DNA of 18,288 nucleotides from Candidatus Rifleibacteriota bacterium. Its GTDB lineage: Bacteria > Muiribacteriota > Ozemobacteria > Ozemobacterales > Ozemobacteraceae. The position numbers and the translations under genes are program-made. The stretch spans positions 1 through 18,288 of the forward strand of contig JBNJGH010000051.1 in the NCBI GenBank assembly GCA_051747585.1. The letters run 5' to 3'. Positions 15,498-18,288 of the stretch are shown here, in pieces. How positions within the stretch are numbered: position 1 is the first letter of the stretch; each line of letters starts with the position of its first letter. A model generated the notes under the pieces. That model searched no databases and had not been told where the DNA came from. It saw nothing but the letters and a program-made list of their open reading frames with translations.

Positions 15498-16916
15498 ATG
15501 GATAAAAAAGCTGATATAGGTTTTATTGGTCTAGGTGTAATGGGGCAGAACCTTATTTTAAATACTGAAAGAAACGGATATAAAGTTGCCTGTTATAATC
15601 GCACCACTTCAAAGATGGATGCCTTTATTGAAGGTGAGGCCAGAGGAAAGAACATAGTTGGCTGCAAAACACTTGAGGAACTTGTTGGCTGTTTAAGTAA
15701 GCCAGGAAAGATTATGATGATGATTCCTGCGGGTAAGGCGGTTGAACAAACCATAAAACTGCTTAAACCTTTGCTCGATGAAGGGGATATTCTGATTGAC
15801 GGCGGAAACAGCTATTTTCTCGATACACAGAGGCGATGTCTTGACTGCAAAAAGAGCAATATTTTATATGCCGGCGTAGGAATATCCGGTGGCGAAGAGG
15901 GGGCTCTCAATGGACCGGCTATAATGCCCGGCGGGAACCCGGATGCATGGCCAGAGATTAAGAAGATTTTTCAAGATATTGCTGCACACCTCGAAGATGG
16001 TACTCCATGTTGCCAGTGGATGGGCCTTGATGGTGCCGGTCATTTTGTAAAAATGGTTCACAATGGAATTGAATATGGCGATATGCAGCTGATCTGCGAA
16101 GCGTATCATCTTATGAGCGACAGTCTCAAACTAACAAGAGAAGAAATTGCCGAAATATTTGCCAGGTGGAACAAGGGAATTTTGAGCTCTTACCTTATTG
16201 AAATTACCGCAGAAATTCTTAAAAAAATCGACAGTGAAAGCAAAAAACCAGTTGTAGATATAATACTGGATACTGCAGGGCAGAAGGGCACCGGGAGCTG
16301 GACCGCCAAGATTGCCCTCGACATGGGAATAGCAGTGCCTCAGATTGCAGAGTCTGTTTATGCGCGTAGTATGTCTGTCATAAAAGAAGAACGAGTCGAG
16401 GCTGCCAAAATTTTACCGCGCCCGGTCATTTCTGCTGAAATCGACAAGAAAAATTTTATAAATAAGCTGGAAAAAGCTGTTTATGCTGCAAAAATTAGTT
16501 CGTATGCTCAGGGGTTTCACCTGCTGAGAAAAGCTTCTAATGCTTATGGCTGGAAGCTCAACTATGCAAATATTGCTCAAGTCTGGCAGGGCGGTTGTAT
16601 TATAAGAGCCGATTTCCTTGCTGATATAAAAGCTGCCTTTGAGCATAATTCCGAATTGAAGAATCTTTTACTTGCCTCGGAATTTGCTGAAGCTTTGAGT
16701 GCTCAATCACAAAAGGCCTGGAGAGACGTGCTTAAAATTGCCATAGATACAGGTGTTCCTGTTCCATCAATGAGTTCAGCACTAAATTATTTTGACAGCT
16801 ATAGAACAGCCCGGTTGCCGGCTAATTTGCTTCAGGCCCAGCGAGACTTTTTTGGAGCTCATACCTATGAAAGGGTTGATAAACCACGGGGAGATTTTTT
16901 TCATACCGAATGGTAG
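15498..16916 (+). CDS. gndA: 6-phosphogluconate dehydrogenase, NADP-dependent, decarboxylating
   Basis: GFIGLGVMGQNL, YNRT, IDGGNS, SGGEEGA, GHFVKMVHNGIEYGDMQ, QKGTG and LLQAQRDFFGAHTY. ATG 15498 follows AAAGGA. Confidence 0.98.
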   Translation: MDKKADIGFIGLGVMGQNLILNTERNGYKVACYNRTTSKMDAFIEGEARGKNIVGCKTLEELVGCLSKPGKIMMMIPAGKAVEQTIKLLKPLLDEGDILIDGGNSYFLDTQRRCLDCKKSNILYAGVGISGGEEGALNGPAIMPGGNPDAWPEIKKIFQDIAAHLEDGTPCCQWMGLDGAGHFVKMVHNGIEYGDMQLICEAYHLMSDSLKLTREEIAEIFARWNKGILSSYLIEITAEILKKIDSESKKPVVDIILDTAGQKGTGSWTAKIALDMGIAVPQIAESVYARSMSVIKEERVEAAKILPRPVISAEIDKKNFINKLEKAVYAAKISSYAQGFHLLRKASNAYGWKLNYANIAQVWQGGCIIRADFLADIKAAFEHNSELKNLLLASEFAEALSAQSQKAWRDVLKIAIDTGVPVPSMSSALNYFDSYRTARLPANLLQAQRDFFGAHTYERVDKPRGDFFHTEW

Positions 16917-16951
16917 AATGAAATTAAGCAAAATATTCAGGAGACGTTAAT

Positions 16952-17323
16952 ATGAAGAAATCAGGTAAATTCTTAATTTTAGTTGTTGCGGTCGGAGCTA
17001 TTTTATCCACTGGTTGCGGTGGCGGCTCTGCAGAAAAGGGCGAAACTGAATCAGCAGATTTAAAAGTTGATAGCAAAAATGTTCAGGCCGGAGACGTAGA
17101 TATCAAAACATCAGAAGGCAAGGCAAATGTAAAAATGCCTGGTCTAGAAGTAAACTCAGACGCGGATGGGGCAGCAAAAGTTAATATGCCTGGTTTAAAA
17201 GTCGATTCAGATAAAAATGGAAATGCCAAAATCAACATTGGTGGCTTGAATATAGATGTCAGCAGTGACGGAGAGGATTCAAAAGTAGAAATGAATGGCA
17301 GCGAAATTGATTCGGGTGAATAA
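16952..17323 (+). CDS. Small hypothetical lipoprotein with internal beta-strand repeats
   Basis: AGGAG RBS and lipobox LSTG-C. Repeats VKMPGLEVNSDADGAAK / VNMPGLKVDSDKNGNAK / INIGGLNIDVSSDG. Confidence 0.85.
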   Translation: MKKSGKFLILVVAVGAILSTGCGGGSAEKGETESADLKVDSKNVQAGDVDIKTSEGKANVKMPGLEVNSDADGAAKVNMPGLKVDSDKNGNAKINIGGLNIDVSSDGEDSKVEMNGSEIDSGE

Positions 17324-17329
17324 AATCGG

Positions 17330-17839
17330 TTAATTATCTCCTGTTTTACGGGGCAGAGTTAGCAGCATTCTCGATAAACCGGCCCCAAGAACGTTAATAA
17401 CCACACTTATACTCCAGACTTTGGTTAAAGCCGGAGGGAGGTAGCCGAATAGATCTGCGCCTACCATTAATGCTACAAGGGTAAAAGAAAGCATAACATC
17501 CAGAGAGGTGCCAAACTCCTTCCATGCCTCATAATGACTGGAATTTTTGAAAACCTTTGCCAATATAATTGTCAGGCTGCAGACTTCGGTAAAATAGCGA
17601 CGAAAAATAAAAAGAAAAATAAAGTTGATTAGATTGATCAATGCATCAACGAATCCCAGGACAAAAAGAATGTAGCCAATAAAATTATGCAGGGGCAGTG
17701 ATGGCATATTTAAACAAACTACTCCGAGGAGAAATTTAAAAATTACAAATGGGAATCCTATAGTCAGAATTGATATCTGATCGAGAAGTATGCTTTTTTT
17801 TTTCTCTGGTTTGTGGCTTTCAATTTCTGTGTCTGACAT
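17330..17839 (-). CDS. Hypothetical integral membrane protein
   Basis: 169-aa ORF with four or five hydrophobic segments, convergent with 16952..17323. Confidence 0.8.
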   Translation of the reverse strand: MSDTEIESHKPEKKKSILLDQISILTIGFPFVIFKFLLGVVCLNMPSLPLHNFIGYILFVLGFVDALINLINFIFLFIFRRYFTEVCSLTIILAKVFKNSSHYEAWKEFGTSLDVMLSFTLVALMVGADLFGYLPPALTKVWSISVVINVLGAGLSRMLLTLPRKTGDN

Positions 17840-17937
17840 ATTGTTTTTGCTTTCATCTTGTACCGTTCAAAAATTATTACCTGCAGGGTGATTATGCACC
17901 AATTAAAAGCTAAACTCAAGCCCTGATAAAAAAGGCT

Positions 17938-18245
17938 AGTTGTTATCCACTTAGTAATATTAGTAGGTTTCAAGACATTTTTGTTTTTTTTAAATATTAA
18001 AATTTAGAATATTAAAGATTGCTTCTTCGCGATGCTCCTCGCAATGACAATTTGGGACTGTCATTATATATTGGTCATTGAGCGTAGTCGAAATGACCAA
18101 TGGATGGTTACAGGGTCCCTTCGACTACGCTCAGGGACCGCTTAGGGGGTCATTGCGAGGAGTTCTGCGTAGCTTTATGCGAAGCAGAACGACGAAGCAA
18201 TCTAAATGTCTTGAAACGGTTATTACAAACAAATGGAGAATTACT
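17938..18245 (+). mobile_element. Non-autonomous MITE/REP-like element, copy B, with nested insertions
   Basis: Imperfect terminal IR AGTTGTTATCCACTT / AAATGGAGAATTACT. Perfect 14-bp subterminal IR GTTTCAAGACATTT (17967-17980) / AAATGTCTTGAAAC (18204-18217). Same inner arms as copy A. Confidence 0.8.
18066..18148. repeat. Nested REP-like pair of the TGAGCGTAGTCGAA / TTCGACTACGCTCA type
   Basis: Hairpins at 18070-18101 and 18114-18139 have mutually complementary 14-nt cores. The segment is flanked by GTCATT at 18060-18065 and 18149-18154 and is absent from copy A. Confidence 0.8.
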
Positions 18246-18288
18246 GCAAAAAAGACAGACTATGTTTTGCTTTGAAAAATTTGCGGTT

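Noticed and set aside
622..16646. Remaining short ORFs (60-97 aa) nested in or antisense to the long genes
   Set aside because: They lie within better-supported CDS and show no RBS or family motifs that I could identify.
17764..17973. 69-aa ORF that might join 17330..17839 by frameshift at the T10 tract (17794-17803)
   Set aside because: It starts inside the MITE-like element, and 17330..17839 is already intact in its own frame.
97..18203. An 18-kb island or composite transposon bounded by the 45-bp direct repeats
   Set aside because: No integrase or transposase lies between them, the interval holds housekeeping genes such as gndA, and the repeat is part of a REP-like family.
18078..18275. 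65-aa ORF containing PFDYAQG and RTTKQS
   Set aside because: It is the translation of the nested palindromic repeats.

Overview
AT-rich bacterial chromosomal window with about 14 credible CDS and several palindromic intergenic repeats. No rRNA, tRNA, CRISPR array or intact transposase was seen. The centrepiece is a tightly coupled five-gene minus-strand operon (12084 to 6101). In order it encodes a secreted N-acetylmuramoyl-L-alanine amidase, a membrane-anchored Zn-ribbon/double OB-fold protein, an archaeal-type TctA/DUF112 permease with no TctB or TctC, a YdjM-like membrane metal-dependent hydrolase, and an orphan Cas6e/CasE homologue whose catalytic and RNA-binding motifs look eroded. I infer, without proof, that this may be an archaeal-type nucleic-acid uptake module adapted to a peptidoglycan-walled cell, with a co-opted inactive Cas6. 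Flanking genes encode a helical hypothetical protein, TPR and lipoprotein envelope proteins, a CbpA-like J-domain chaperone, a secreted HEXXH metallopeptidase, gndA, a small lipoprotein and a membrane protein. Intergenic DNA carries several REP/MITE-like families, including two copies of one element (12146-12330 and 17938-18245). One copy is flanked by a 25-bp duplication of a gene 3' end and the other carries nested insertions. All family assignments come from motif recognition by eye; no searches were run.
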